Positions 1 to 9,966 of a stretch of 64,000 bases of DNA are shown piece by piece (positions within the stretch are counted from its first letter, which is position 1; each line of letters starts with the position of its first letter). Origin of the DNA: Candidatus Sulfomarinibacteraceae bacterium (GTDB taxonomy: Bacteria > Acidobacteriota > Thermoanaerobaculia > Thermoanaerobaculales > Sulfomarinibacteraceae); contig CAWCLO010000010.1 of assembly GCA_963796455.1 (NCBI GenBank), positions 704,001 through 768,000 on the forward strand, read 5' to 3'. Under the pieces are notes generated by a model. The model saw only the letters and a list, made by a program, of their open reading frames with translations, was not told the DNA's origin and ran no database searches. Both the position numbers and the translations under genes were made by a program.

Positions 1-32
1 CGTCGCCTGCGGAGTCCCGGCTTCTCGAATGG

Positions 33-2558
33 TTGGTGACAACCGAAGCCAGGTTGGCCCGAGATCTGCTCGCAGAAGCTGTCGAGCAGGATCCCCAGTT
101 GGTCTGGGCGCGTCTCGAGCTGGCCGAGTGGCTGGCTGATCGGAATCTTTTCGAACAAGCGCACGCGATCCTGGAGGGTTTTGATTCCGACGAGCCCAGT
201 ATTTCGATCGCAAAGCTCGATCTCGACGCCATGATGTGGGGCCCCGTGATGATTCCCGAAATGGCCGCTCTTGCCCGCGCTTGGCCGCGATGCCTGGTTG
301 CCAATATGAGCCTCGCCGACGGCGCGATGGATGGACGGCGTTGGGATCTGGCGGAGGAGGCCATCGCCCGCTTGACCGAATTCGCGCCGGGACTGGGCCC
401 GGTCTTTGATCTGCGTGCCGAGATGGCTGAAAGCTGTGGTGATGGCACGACCCTCCGGGAAATCTACGGTTCCCGGCTCCGGCGCGATCCGAATCAACCC
501 GACGTCCGGCTGCGAATGGCGAGGTTGCAGGCGGCGGATAACGATCTCGATGGTGCCCGCACCCTTCTCGATGACGGTTTGCGGCGCTCACCGACCGATG
601 TGGATCTCTTGATGGAACTCGCGAGCATCGAACATCTGGCAGGTGATGAAGCGCGTACAACCGAGATCGCCCGGGAAGTACTTTCCATCCGACCGCAGAA
701 TCGGCGGGCGCAGCGCCTGTTGGAACTCCTCGGCGAGGGTGGCGAGGATTTTGACTGGTTGCGATCTCCCGAGGAGCTCTGGGCAATGGTCGATGCGGCG
801 TCGCCCGCCCGGACGGCTCAGGTGATTGTCGATCGAAGGGAGGTGGAGTTTCTGCCTTCGAATCTCATCGAAGAGCGCGTTCAACAGGCCATCTACATCA
901 CCGAGGCCGACCGCGCGAACGATTTGTTGTCCCACCACATCCCCTTTGTCGCCGAGAAGGAACGATTGCGGATTCTGCGGGCCCGGATTCTGCGCCGTGA
1001 TGGCTCGGAGGTCGGTGCGCGCCAGGGCGACACGCCGCGTCTGTCCGAGCCCGAGTTCAACCTTTTTTACGACACCCGATTGCGTGTGCTGCAGTTCACC
1101 GAGTTTGAAGACGGCGATCTCGTCGAGATAGCCTATGTCCTGAGCCAGACTGGAGAGGCCAACGACACCGGACCGTACAACGGCGGTCTGATCCCTCTCG
1201 GCAGGGCCCTCCCGGTGGCGTTGATGGAAGTCGAGCTCAGCGGCCCCTCAGAGCTCCTGCCGGCATGGGAGTTGATTCACATCGAAGGCGAGCCCAATGA
1301 AGAAGTGGATTCGGCGGGCCGGCGGTCGCTGCGTTGGCAATGGCGCGATATCGAGGCCGTGCCGAACGATGTGCCGGCAGCTCCCCAGTTGATGGTCACG
1401 CCCTACATGGTCTACTCGAACCACCCTGAGTGGGAGGATCTGACGGACTGGTACCTGCGGCACATCGAACCAAGGGTACGGGTATCGACTCAGGTCGAGG
1501 AGACTGCAAATCGACTGGTGGTTGGCATTGAAGACCGTCTCGAGCGGATTCAACGGATCTATCGTTTTGTCACCAACGAAATCAAATATGTCGGTCTGGA
1601 ATTCGGCGAACATCGTTTTCGGCCTTTCTCGGCCGACTGGGTGCTGCACCACGAAATTGGTGACTGCAAGGACAAGGCGGCGCTGCTGGTGGCCTTGTTC
1701 GATGTGATCGGGATCCCGGCTCACATGGTGATGGTCCGAACCTCGGATCTCGGTCCCGTTGGACACGAGATGGCGTTGCTCGAAACCTTCAATCACGCCA
1801 TCGTTTACCTCCCCGAGGACGATCTGTGGCTCGATGGCACCGCCACCGGCCACCCGGTCTTCCCGCCGCCGGATCTCGATCAGGATGCGCTGGTGCTGGT
1901 GGCCGGCGGCGAGCTCGGCCGGCCGCAGACAACACCGACCGTCGGCGCCGGTCTGGCGCAACACCGGTTCGTGCTTTCCGCCGAACAAAACGGCAATGTG
2001 GAGATCGAGATCCGGGCCCGAGAAACCGGTGGTGCGGCGGATCGACGGCGAGCGCGCTTCGCGGGAAGCCGCGATCCGCAGCGATTTGCACGATGGTTGC
2101 AGGAACAGTTCCCCGGCGCTCAGCTCACCGGCGAACCGACGCTGCAGATCATTTCAAGCCGCGATCCCACAATTGTCGAGATCACCGGTTTGATCGCGAG
2201 CTCGTCGTTGAAGAGTACCGGCGGCATCAAGATCTATCCGGGCGACCTCGGGTGGGCGGCGAGCATGGTCCCGGGTGGCGAACGAAGCGGTCCGCTGATG
2301 ATCGTGACCCGTCCGGACCTCGAATGGAGCGTCGAGGTCGATCTCGGGAGGCCGCCATTGACGCTCCCCGATCCGATCGATCTCGAGACCCGTTTCGGAA
2401 CGCTCCGGGTGGAGCTTGCATCGGAATCCTCAGGCTATCGGGTGGATGGTTTCTTTCATTTCCGACCGGGTCTGACGGCGGCTGAAGATGTGGGCGAGCT
2501 GAGAGACTTCCTGGTGGAGGTCGAACGCCAACTCGAACGAAGGTTGGAGTCGCCATGA
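33..2558 (+). CDS. TPR + DUF3857-like + transglutaminase-core protein (probably 5'-truncated by the window)
   Basis: 841-aa ORF with N-terminal TPR-like helices and the transglutaminase triad motifs GDCKDKA, FNHAI and WLD. Its stop overlaps the next ATG (ATGA). Confidence 0.8.
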   Translation: MVTTEARLARDLLAEAVEQDPQLVWARLELAEWLADRNLFEQAHAILEGFDSDEPSISIAKLDLDAMMWGPVMIPEMAALARAWPRCLVANMSLADGAMDGRRWDLAEEAIARLTEFAPGLGPVFDLRAEMAESCGDGTTLREIYGSRLRRDPNQPDVRLRMARLQAADNDLDGARTLLDDGLRRSPTDVDLLMELASIEHLAGDEARTTEIAREVLSIRPQNRRAQRLLELLGEGGEDFDWLRSPEELWAMVDAASPARTAQVIVDRREVEFLPSNLIEERVQQAIYITEADRANDLLSHHIPFVAEKERLRILRARILRRDGSEVGARQGDTPRLSEPEFNLFYDTRLRVLQFTEFEDGDLVEIAYVLSQTGEANDTGPYNGGLIPLGRALPVALMEVELSGPSELLPAWELIHIEGEPNEEVDSAGRRSLRWQWRDIEAVPNDVPAAPQLMVTPYMVYSNHPEWEDLTDWYLRHIEPRVRVSTQVEETANRLVVGIEDRLERIQRIYRFVTNEIKYVGLEFGEHRFRPFSADWVLHHEIGDCKDKAALLVALFDVIGIPAHMVMVRTSDLGPVGHEMALLETFNHAIVYLPEDDLWLDGTATGHPVFPPPDLDQDALVLVAGGELGRPQTTPTVGAGLAQHRFVLSAEQNGNVEIEIRARETGGAADRRRARFAGSRDPQRFARWLQEQFPGAQLTGEPTLQIISSRDPTIVEITGLIASSSLKSTGGIKIYPGDLGWAASMVPGGERSGPLMIVTRPDLEWSVEVDLGRPPLTLPDPIDLETRFGTLRVELASESSGYRVDGFFHFRPGLTAAEDVGELRDFLVEVERQLERRLESP

Positions 2559-5500
2559 GCATTCAGAGGCAGTGTGCTCTGTTCCTGATTGTTTTGATCC
2601 TGGCGGCCTCGCCCGCAGCGGCGGGCTGGCACGAAGTGCGCCGTGCGGACATGGCATTTGATCTCCCGGCGGCGCGTGCGGAGGCGCTTCAAACCATATC
2701 CAATGCCCCGGCGAGTATGGATGCGATCGCGGCCGCCACCTGGTGGCTGGCGAATATCGAAGACATCTCCGACCCCGAAGAAGTCCTCGCGGTTGACGCC
2801 ACCGAGCGCGATCCGGAACTCGGGTTCATCCTCGGATTGATCGAACACCGCCTTCGTTTCGAACCGCCCCCCGGGGCGCTGAACGATGCCGAACTGGCCG
2901 GAGCCTTCGGGGTGTTCACCATCCTCGATCTCGAGCGCCATGTTGTACCTCCGGATGGTGCCCTACCGGCTCCCGGAACTCGATGGACCGATCCATCAAG
3001 GCCGGTGCGTCTGCCGATGCGAACTCCTGACGGGCGTTTCGGGCCGCCGCGGTCGATGGCGATCGACGGCATCTACCTCGTGGCATGGAATCTGAAGGCA
3101 ACCGCCCCGGCCACCGGTTGGCTGGTGGTGGAGGCGGCGGGCGGCTTCAATCTCGAAGTCGACGGCGTCGAGATCGATCGGCGTCGCCATTGCGGACGCA
3201 CGGAACCGGAGATCACCTGGTACCGCGTTCGACTGGATGAGGGAAACCATCGGGTACGTGTGGAGATCGGAGCCACCGAAGAGCCCCAGGTGCGGCTGAC
3301 TCTTCTTGACGATCTCGGGGCCCCCATGACGACGGTGTCCACCGTTGACGAGCAGGCGACGGAATTGGCCACCTCGGAGATCGAACGTGCCGAGCCCCCG
3401 GCCGCGCGGGACTTCCGGGTGTTACTCGAGGGCGACAAGGTGTCGATCGATGAACTTCTCCTGGCCGCTCAGATCGAGCGTGGTCGTGGTGACCCCGTCG
3501 CCACCTACCGGTTTCTCGAGCGGGCGCGGGCTATCGATCCCTTGGATCCCTGGCCGGCCCTGGCCCTGGGCGAACACCTCATCCTGGATGGCAACAGCGG
3601 CCGCGCGCCTGAAACAAGCCGCCGGATCGTGCAGCACCTCCGGGTCGCTCGAAAGATTCCGGGCACTTCGATTTTCGATCGGCTCCTGGCCGAACGCGAG
3701 GGGCGCGCCGAAGATGCAGAACGCCTGCTCGATTCGATGATGAATGACCACGGCGACGATGTCAGGGTGCTTCGGATCTGGGTTCGGGAGGCAGTGAATC
3801 GTGGATGGGCGCGCGAAGCTGAAGACGGGCTGGGGCGTCTCGAATCCGCCCTCCCCGGATCGCTGAGTGTCACCGGGCTTCGCCTGGAAGTGCTGGCCTC
3901 TCTCGAGCGCTGGCGGGAGCGCGAGGAGCTGCTCCGTGCGCTGGCATCGGCGACTCCGGTGGAGTACCGCTGGATCGGCCAGATGGCATCGAGCTGTCTG
4001 GTCGACGAAGCGATTGCCGCGAGTCGCGCGCTCCATCAAGAAGTGGACAATCCGGATTTTGACATTCCGATGATTCGACTTCAGCTCGAGAGTTCCCACT
4101 TCGATGTCGCACGTGCCGAGCTTGATCGCACGCGGGCACAATGGGGGGATCTGCCGATATTCGACGAACTGGAGCTGATTCTGTCCGGCGACGATTCCGA
4201 GGAACTCAGTCGCGCCCTTGACGCCGCCCTCGAGCGAAACCCATCGAATCTGGAATTGCTGGTCCTTTCATGGCGACTTGGCGCCGAGCCGTTTTTTGCC
4301 CCCTTCCGTGTGAACGGAGACGATTTTGCGGCCGAGTACGAGGATCTGGGCAAGGACGCCGATGTGGTGTTGCTGCTCGATCAAGCGGTCGAACGCATCT
4401 TTCCCGATGGCTCGAGCCTGTACTACTACCACGGTCTGTCACGCGCCAATACGCCGGTCGGTGCGCGACGCGCGTCGCAACTCCAGCCTCTGGCCGATTC
4501 CCACCAGATCATGGTGCGCATCATCAAGCCGGATGGGCGGGTGGTGGTTCCGGTCGATGTTCAAGGCGGTCAGGCGGTGGCCAATCTCTCGGAGGTCGAG
4601 GCCGGAGATCTGGTCGAAGAGGAGTATGTGTCCCGAGTCGCAGCCACCGGCGCTTCCCGCCGCGGTCATCTGCCGCCCTATATCTATCGCTTTGCGGACC
4701 CTGATCGCGCCTTTGGTCTCTCCGAATACGTACTCCTGGTGCCCAATGAAATCGACGTCCAGGTGGATGGAAATCTGGAAGGCCTGGATCGAGAAGAGAG
4801 CGACTGGCGTGGCCTCCGGCTTCTGCGGTGGCGCAACGAAAATGTGCCGGCTGTCGCTACAGAGCCGTTTTCTCCTCCGGCTGCGGAGCTGATGCCGTGG
4901 CTCAACTACGGCTTCGGGGTCAGCTGGAATGATGTGGGTGACGCGGTGAGGGATCGGGTACTGCCGGTGCTGCGGACCTCGCCGGATCTCCAGGCGTGGG
5001 CTGAAAGGGTGATGCAGGGCAAAACGGCGGCGGTTCGGCTCGAGGCCCTTGTCGGTGCGCTGGTTGACGAGGTCCAGCCGGGGAATACCGAAATCGCCAT
5101 CGGTTTTGCAGCGGGTGAGACCTTTGCCTACCGTCGTGGAAATCGTCTGGGCATCCTCGCCTCGGTCCTGGCGGATCAAGGATGGACCGTCGACCTTGTC
5201 CTGACCCGTCCGACGACAGATCGCGACCAGAGGCTCGAACTTCCGACTCTCGATGCCTTTCCGGTGACGCTGCTTCGTGTCGCCGATGGTGATGAAGAGT
5301 TCTGGATCGATATGCGAGAGGAAGAACGGGGAGTTGATCACATCAACCCCTTTTTCCAGGGCAGTGACGGTTTGGTCCTTCCCCTGACCCGACCGGAACT
5401 CGCAGTGAGCAGGATCGACGAATTGCCCATCTATGAAAATCCCGAGCTCGAGGAACATGTGAATGTGCGCGCCGAGGTCAACCCGGATGGCAGCGCGCGG

Positions 5501-6073
5501 CTTGCGTTCCGCATGCACCTTCGCGGGAATCAGGCGGAGCGTCTTTTGGAGCAAATCGAAAGCGTACCCGAGGACCAGATTCCGATGGTCTATCGCCAGA
5601 TCGCGGTTTCGATGTTTCCGGGGGCGAGCGGAGTCGAGGGCCGGATCGATTCCGTCGAAGACGACTCGATCATCGAGCTCTTGATGACCCTGCCCGCTGC
5701 CTGCGATGTCGTTCCGACAAAGATCGAGTGCCGATCTCTGATCCTCTCGAACCCGCTGGTGCCGGTTCTCGCCGCTCTTCCCGAACGGAGATACCCGCTG
5801 CTGCTGCAGATGCCCATCATCCGCCGCCTCGAGCTCGAGATCATCGAGCCCTCAGGGTGGGTTCTCGAAGATCGGCCGCCGCGCCGCCTCGACACCCAAT
5901 GGGGATCGGTGAGCGAAGATCTCGACCGCGGGGCAGGGAGCCTTCGTTCGGTGCTTTCGATTTCGGTGCCGTCTCAGAAAGTGGCCACCGAGGACTATCG
6001 AGCCTTCGCGCGCTTCTGTCAGGCAATTGATGAAATCTCCACGCGGCCGCCGACGCTGGTGCCGGTCAGGTAG
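2555..6073 (+). CDS. Secreted TPR/DUF3857-like transglutaminase-fold protein, catalytic Cys apparently absent
   Basis: 1172 aa with a signal peptide (ending SPAAA). Architecture parallels the upstream gene, with RRGNRLGIL at the position where GDC is expected. Confidence 0.65.
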   Translation: MSIQRQCALFLIVLILAASPAAAGWHEVRRADMAFDLPAARAEALQTISNAPASMDAIAAATWWLANIEDISDPEEVLAVDATERDPELGFILGLIEHRLRFEPPPGALNDAELAGAFGVFTILDLERHVVPPDGALPAPGTRWTDPSRPVRLPMRTPDGRFGPPRSMAIDGIYLVAWNLKATAPATGWLVVEAAGGFNLEVDGVEIDRRRHCGRTEPEITWYRVRLDEGNHRVRVEIGATEEPQVRLTLLDDLGAPMTTVSTVDEQATELATSEIERAEPPAARDFRVLLEGDKVSIDELLLAAQIERGRGDPVATYRFLERARAIDPLDPWPALALGEHLILDGNSGRAPETSRRIVQHLRVARKIPGTSIFDRLLAEREGRAEDAERLLDSMMNDHGDDVRVLRIWVREAVNRGWAREAEDGLGRLESALPGSLSVTGLRLEVLASLERWREREELLRALASATPVEYRWIGQMASSCLVDEAIAASRALHQEVDNPDFDIPMIRLQLESSHFDVARAELDRTRAQWGDLPIFDELELILSGDDSEELSRALDAALERNPSNLELLVLSWRLGAEPFFAPFRVNGDDFAAEYEDLGKDADVVLLLDQAVERIFPDGSSLYYYHGLSRANTPVGARRASQLQPLADSHQIMVRIIKPDGRVVVPVDVQGGQAVANLSEVEAGDLVEEEYVSRVAATGASRRGHLPPYIYRFADPDRAFGLSEYVLLVPNEIDVQVDGNLEGLDREESDWRGLRLLRWRNENVPAVATEPFSPPAAELMPWLNYGFGVSWNDVGDAVRDRVLPVLRTSPDLQAWAERVMQGKTAAVRLEALVGALVDEVQPGNTEIAIGFAAGETFAYRRGNRLGILASVLADQGWTVDLVLTRPTTDRDQRLELPTLDAFPVTLLRVADGDEEFWIDMREEERGVDHINPFFQGSDGLVLPLTRPELAVSRIDELPIYENPELEEHVNVRAEVNPDGSARLAFRMHLRGNQAERLLEQIESVPEDQIPMVYRQIAVSMFPGASGVEGRIDSVEDDSIIELLMTLPAACDVVPTKIECRSLILSNPLVPVLAALPERRYPLLLQMPIIRRLELEIIEPSGWVLEDRPPRRLDTQWGSVSEDLDRGAGSLRSVLSISVPSQKVATEDYRAFARFCQAIDEISTRPPTLVPVR

Positions 6074-6214
6074 AAGAGAACCGCAAAGGGTGCAGGGTGC
6101 GGTGCCGGGCCGAAGAGGGTCTGGGCCTCAACTCTCGCCATTTCCCTGGTCGCTGGGTTCTTGAATTCCTGCGCGGACAGGAATCGGACCTTCTTCGTTA
6201 TACTCTCCGCCGTC

Positions 6215-7123
6215 ATGGAAATGGTTGAAGGCACCGTCATCGCGATGCACGGACCACTGGTCCGGGTGCAGGTGGTCGAGCAGACCCTGGTGGTGGCATC
6301 ACGGCGGAGACTCAACTGGGAGGGCGGTACGCCGCCGGCGGCCCGATTGGTGGTCGGTGACCGGGTGACGCTGGAGATGCGTGGCGAGGACGGGGTGATC
6401 GTGGCGGTCCACGCCCGCCGCAACAGCCTGCTCCGCAAGGCACCGTCGAAGAACCGGGCTCAGATCCTGGCGGCAAATGTCGATCATGCGCTGCTGGTCT
6501 TTGCCGCCCGTGAGCCCGAGCCAAAACCCGGCTTGTTGGATCGCTTCCTCGTCGCCTGCCATCTGGCCGGCATCGAGGCCGTTATTACCATCAACAAGAT
6601 CGATCAAGGCATCGAAGACGTCAAACGATGGCTGCCGATCTATCAGGCCCTCGGCTATGACGTGCGGCTGGTGTCGGCGCGCAGCGGATGGGGTCTCGGG
6701 AGCGTGAAGCGAATGCTCATCGATCGCACGACCTTGTTCTGCGGCCCCTCCGGAGCCGGTAAGTCTTCATTGCTCAACGCGGTCTACCCCGGCTTTCGCC
6801 TCAAGGTGGGCGAGCTCTCCGATAGTTCCGGCAAGGGGCGCCACACGACCTCTCTGGCCGAGCTGATGCCCTTGCCCTACGGTGGTTTTGTCGTCGATAC
6901 ACCCGGGCTCAAGGAGTTCGGAGTTTGGGATGTCAGCATCGAGGAATTGGCCGCCGCGTTCCCGGATATCAGCGAACACACCGACCAGTGTCGGTATTCG
7001 AACTGTACCCACCAGGAGGAGCCCGATTGCGCCGTCCTCGAGGCGGTCGAAGAGGGTGAGATCCATCCCGGGCGTCTCGCGAGCTATCGCAAGATCCTCG
7101 AGGAGGCGCTGGAGTCGAGCTAG
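6215..7123 (+). CDS. rsgA: Ribosome small subunit-dependent GTPase A
   Basis: Circularly permuted GTPase (NKID, GPSGAGKSS, GRHTT, DTPG) with C-terminal Zn site CRYSNCTHQEEPDC. Start placed at ATG 6215. Confidence 0.95.
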   Translation: MEMVEGTVIAMHGPLVRVQVVEQTLVVASRRRLNWEGGTPPAARLVVGDRVTLEMRGEDGVIVAVHARRNSLLRKAPSKNRAQILAANVDHALLVFAAREPEPKPGLLDRFLVACHLAGIEAVITINKIDQGIEDVKRWLPIYQALGYDVRLVSARSGWGLGSVKRMLIDRTTLFCGPSGAGKSSLLNAVYPGFRLKVGELSDSSGKGRHTTSLAELMPLPYGGFVVDTPGLKEFGVWDVSIEELAAAFPDISEHTDQCRYSNCTHQEEPDCAVLEAVEEGEIHPGRLASYRKILEEALESS

Positions 7124-7304
7124 CTTCCTGCCACATTTTGGTGCCACTGACTATCAGGAGCCTCTTTTCGCATGGTTGGCACTTCTGATCGTCATGCCTC
7201 GGGGACAACCGCGGTGGTCCCGCCGGATTCGAGATAGATTCCTCGGTCAACCGGGTTTCAATCCGTAATCAGCAAAGACTCGGCCGTTTCCCGCAACCTT
7301 TTTT

Positions 7305-7405
7305 GAACCGCAAAGAGCGCAAAGAGCGCAAAGAAAGTCTCTTTGTTCGCGAGACGCAAAGGGTCCTTTGCGATGTCTTTGCGTTCTTCGCGGTCTTAGC
7401 GGTTC
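7305..7405. repeat. Inverted pair of 9-mer tandem-repeat arms (CGCAAAGAG / CTTTGCG), empty element
   Basis: Arm 7305-7333 matches the reverse complement of 7377-7405 at 25/29 positions. Both outer ends are GAACCGC. Confidence 0.85.
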
Positions 7406-7521
7406 CATTGGGCATTCGAAATTCGGATCGCTCTGCATTGAGAGGCGACGGGCGGGGGTCAACTTCACCTTCCGATCGCATGAAATCCTCAGGGGATGGG
7501 TTGATCCCCTACCTTGAGTAC

Positions 7522-9840
7522 TCAGCCGAGCGCTCGGTGCGGGGCGGCGAGGAAGCAGGCGAGGTAGCCGGCCCGTCCGCGCAGCGTCGGCAGCGGTGTT
7601 GCCAGTCCCGGGTCCTGACGGCGAAGACCGTCATACATCTTCGCCAGCTCGAATCGGTTGCGGAAGAGCCACATCTCCATCGGTTCTCCCGGGTTGAGTT
7701 CGGGAGTCTGGATCGGGACCTGGATGGCGTGGAGCAGGACGTCGTCGGACTCCCGGTACTCGCCAAAGATCCACTTTCGCCGGCCGTCCTCGATCAGATA
7801 GGTGATGACCAGGAGATTGGTGCCGATGCTCTTGGTGACGAAGCCGTCACCGGCGTCCTCCGGATCCTCGCCCTGACTGAGGCGACGCAGCAGGCTGAAC
7901 ATGGGTCGCTCGAAAGGGACCACTTCGGCATCTTCCGGAACTTCGGTCCACACCGCCGCCTCGGCCAGTTCCTGTGCAGGAAGCCCCTTGAGACGGGCGA
8001 CCCCGAGGTGACGCAGACCGACGTAGAGAGTATCCGGGAGGCCGGAGTCGACCGGAAGCAGCAACCAACGATGGTTGTCCATCGTCACGACCCAAAGATG
8101 TTCGAGATCGAGCTCCATTCCGAGTTCTTCGATGAAGGGCAGGGCCACGACAATTCCTTCGTTGAACAGCTCGCCGTGGCTGTCGAGGGTCGCAGCATAA
8201 GGTCGGGTCGAAACCTGCTCGCCGCCGCCCCTGGCCGTAGCAAGTGGTGAGAGAAAGCTATCGACCTCAGCCGGGTTGTAGCCGGAGTGGATCAGAAATT
8301 CAGCGATGTCCGCAACTTCGCGGGCGCTCTTGCCGGTGGTCATTCGTGCCAGTTCGACGATGCCGTGGCCGAAGAACTCGAAGCGTTTGGCCTGGGGGCC
8401 GGGGTTGAGCATCGGCAGCAGACGATAGACCCCGAAGTTGATGGCAATGCGAATACCGTTGTTGAATGGAAAACCGACGCTTCGCAGCTGCTCGTATACA
8501 CGCTGGATTTCGCAAGCTGCCGCGATCACCCGGAGACCGCGCCGCGAGGTGTAGAAGGCGCCATCACCGAGGAATTTTTCGAAGGTGAGGCGGCGGCGGA
8601 GCCGAATCGCCTCGAGACGATTCTGGAATACGTACATGAACTGGAGGGCCCGTTCCTCCGCCATGCGACCCGCCTTGCGGACCTCCTCGAGGACCGTGGT
8701 GAAATTCGAGAGGTCGTAAATCAACCCGAAACGTCGGACGGCCGAATCGACCACGCCAGGGGCAGTGAAATCGTAAGGGCGGGTCGTCTTGGCGATCGGG
8801 GTCGCCGCCGAGCTCCCGACGAGCACCAGGGTCGTTCCCTGCCGCTGCATCGGCAGGATCCGGCGTCGTAGGGCGGCCAGCAGCTCGAATGTCTTGAGCC
8901 GCAGCCCGAGATCGCGGAGCAGGTCCATCTGCATCATCGACAGCTCGAGGGTTTCGGCGAGCCCGCCGCTGTGGATCGCATCGAGAAGCCTCGGTTCGAG
9001 CAGGCTCTCGATGCGATCCAGCTTGAGACTCGAGCCGACGGCCAGCCGCAGCAGATTGCCGACCTCGGGCCGCCGCTCGACAAGATCGACGAGACGATCG
9101 AGCACGTTGCGGTTGGCGACGGTGAGGGCACTGGCGCTTTGTCGGAATCGTGCCTGCAAAAAACCACTCAATTGAATAAATTGGGTCGGCGGACGGTTTT
9201 CGGTGAGAAGCAATTGATCCTGGCAGATGATGCCGAGGAGAGGAGTCAGTGCCGGCGTGACCTGGACCTCAGCCAGTTGCCTGAGGTGATCGGTGGCGTC
9301 GATTGCGGCGCGTCGGAGGAGATCGGCGATGACGCCGGCGATAGCCTGGCGGATGTCTTCGCCACCGCGGTTTTCGGCGGTGGTTTTCGGGACTTTGGAC
9401 AGGGCGCGGTAGATCTCCCCGGAGTGGAAGAGCAGGAAGAGATCGACCAGGCCCCGGTGATAGTCGTTCATGACGACGTTTTCCATCGTTGCCGAGACTG
9501 ATTTCTGATAGCGATCGCGACAGCTTCGCACCTGTCGTTTATCTTCGTCATTACGATCCCGGCTCCGAACGCGATAGTCGAACTCCGCCTTGACCAGTCC
9601 ATCGAGGTCCCGCCGGAGTTTGAGCACGCCATCGGACAAGAGAATCGGGAAACCCCAGGTCATGACCCGTTCTTCGTCGCGGCCAAAAATCGGGAACGGC
9701 GCCGGCAGCGATGCGGCGAGGGCGGGGAAAAGCTCACACCACCGTCCACCGACCTCCTCCGGTGTCAGGTAGGTCGGATGCTGGAGGTCTTCAGACAGAA
9801 CCTGAGCGAAGGCCTCCATGGACTTCTCGTCGCGCGTCAT
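7522..9840 (-). CDS. Large protein with a divergent class III (adenylate/guanylate) nucleotide cyclase domain
   Basis: Motifs LIYDLSNFT, EKFLGDGAFY, IRIAINFG and FFGHGIVELARM follow the class III cyclase order. The N- and C-terminal flanks are unrecognised. Confidence 0.7.
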   Translation of the reverse strand: MTRDEKSMEAFAQVLSEDLQHPTYLTPEEVGGRWCELFPALAASLPAPFPIFGRDEERVMTWGFPILLSDGVLKLRRDLDGLVKAEFDYRVRSRDRNDEDKRQVRSCRDRYQKSVSATMENVVMNDYHRGLVDLFLLFHSGEIYRALSKVPKTTAENRGGEDIRQAIAGVIADLLRRAAIDATDHLRQLAEVQVTPALTPLLGIICQDQLLLTENRPPTQFIQLSGFLQARFRQSASALTVANRNVLDRLVDLVERRPEVGNLLRLAVGSSLKLDRIESLLEPRLLDAIHSGGLAETLELSMMQMDLLRDLGLRLKTFELLAALRRRILPMQRQGTTLVLVGSSAATPIAKTTRPYDFTAPGVVDSAVRRFGLIYDLSNFTTVLEEVRKAGRMAEERALQFMYVFQNRLEAIRLRRRLTFEKFLGDGAFYTSRRGLRVIAAACEIQRVYEQLRSVGFPFNNGIRIAINFGVYRLLPMLNPGPQAKRFEFFGHGIVELARMTTGKSAREVADIAEFLIHSGYNPAEVDSFLSPLATARGGGEQVSTRPYAATLDSHGELFNEGIVVALPFIEELGMELDLEHLWVVTMDNHRWLLLPVDSGLPDTLYVGLRHLGVARLKGLPAQELAEAAVWTEVPEDAEVVPFERPMFSLLRRLSQGEDPEDAGDGFVTKSIGTNLLVITYLIEDGRRKWIFGEYRESDDVLLHAIQVPIQTPELNPGEPMEMWLFRNRFELAKMYDGLRRQDPGLATPLPTLRGRAGYLACFLAAPHRALG

Positions 9841-9966
9841 CACCCCATTGTATCCGCAAGCCCGCCGAGCATGAACTGATGTGGAAAAATGGATCTGAAC
9901 ACCAGATTAAAAGGAACTGTTGTCCAGATCATCTACATACGAAACAATCTGTGATAAACCATTTAT

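Noticed and set aside
7130..7270. SAM- or other riboswitch-like fragments (GAAACCCGG, GTGCCAA) on the minus strand
   Set aside because: The core elements are incomplete, and the site lies between convergent genes with no downstream ORF.
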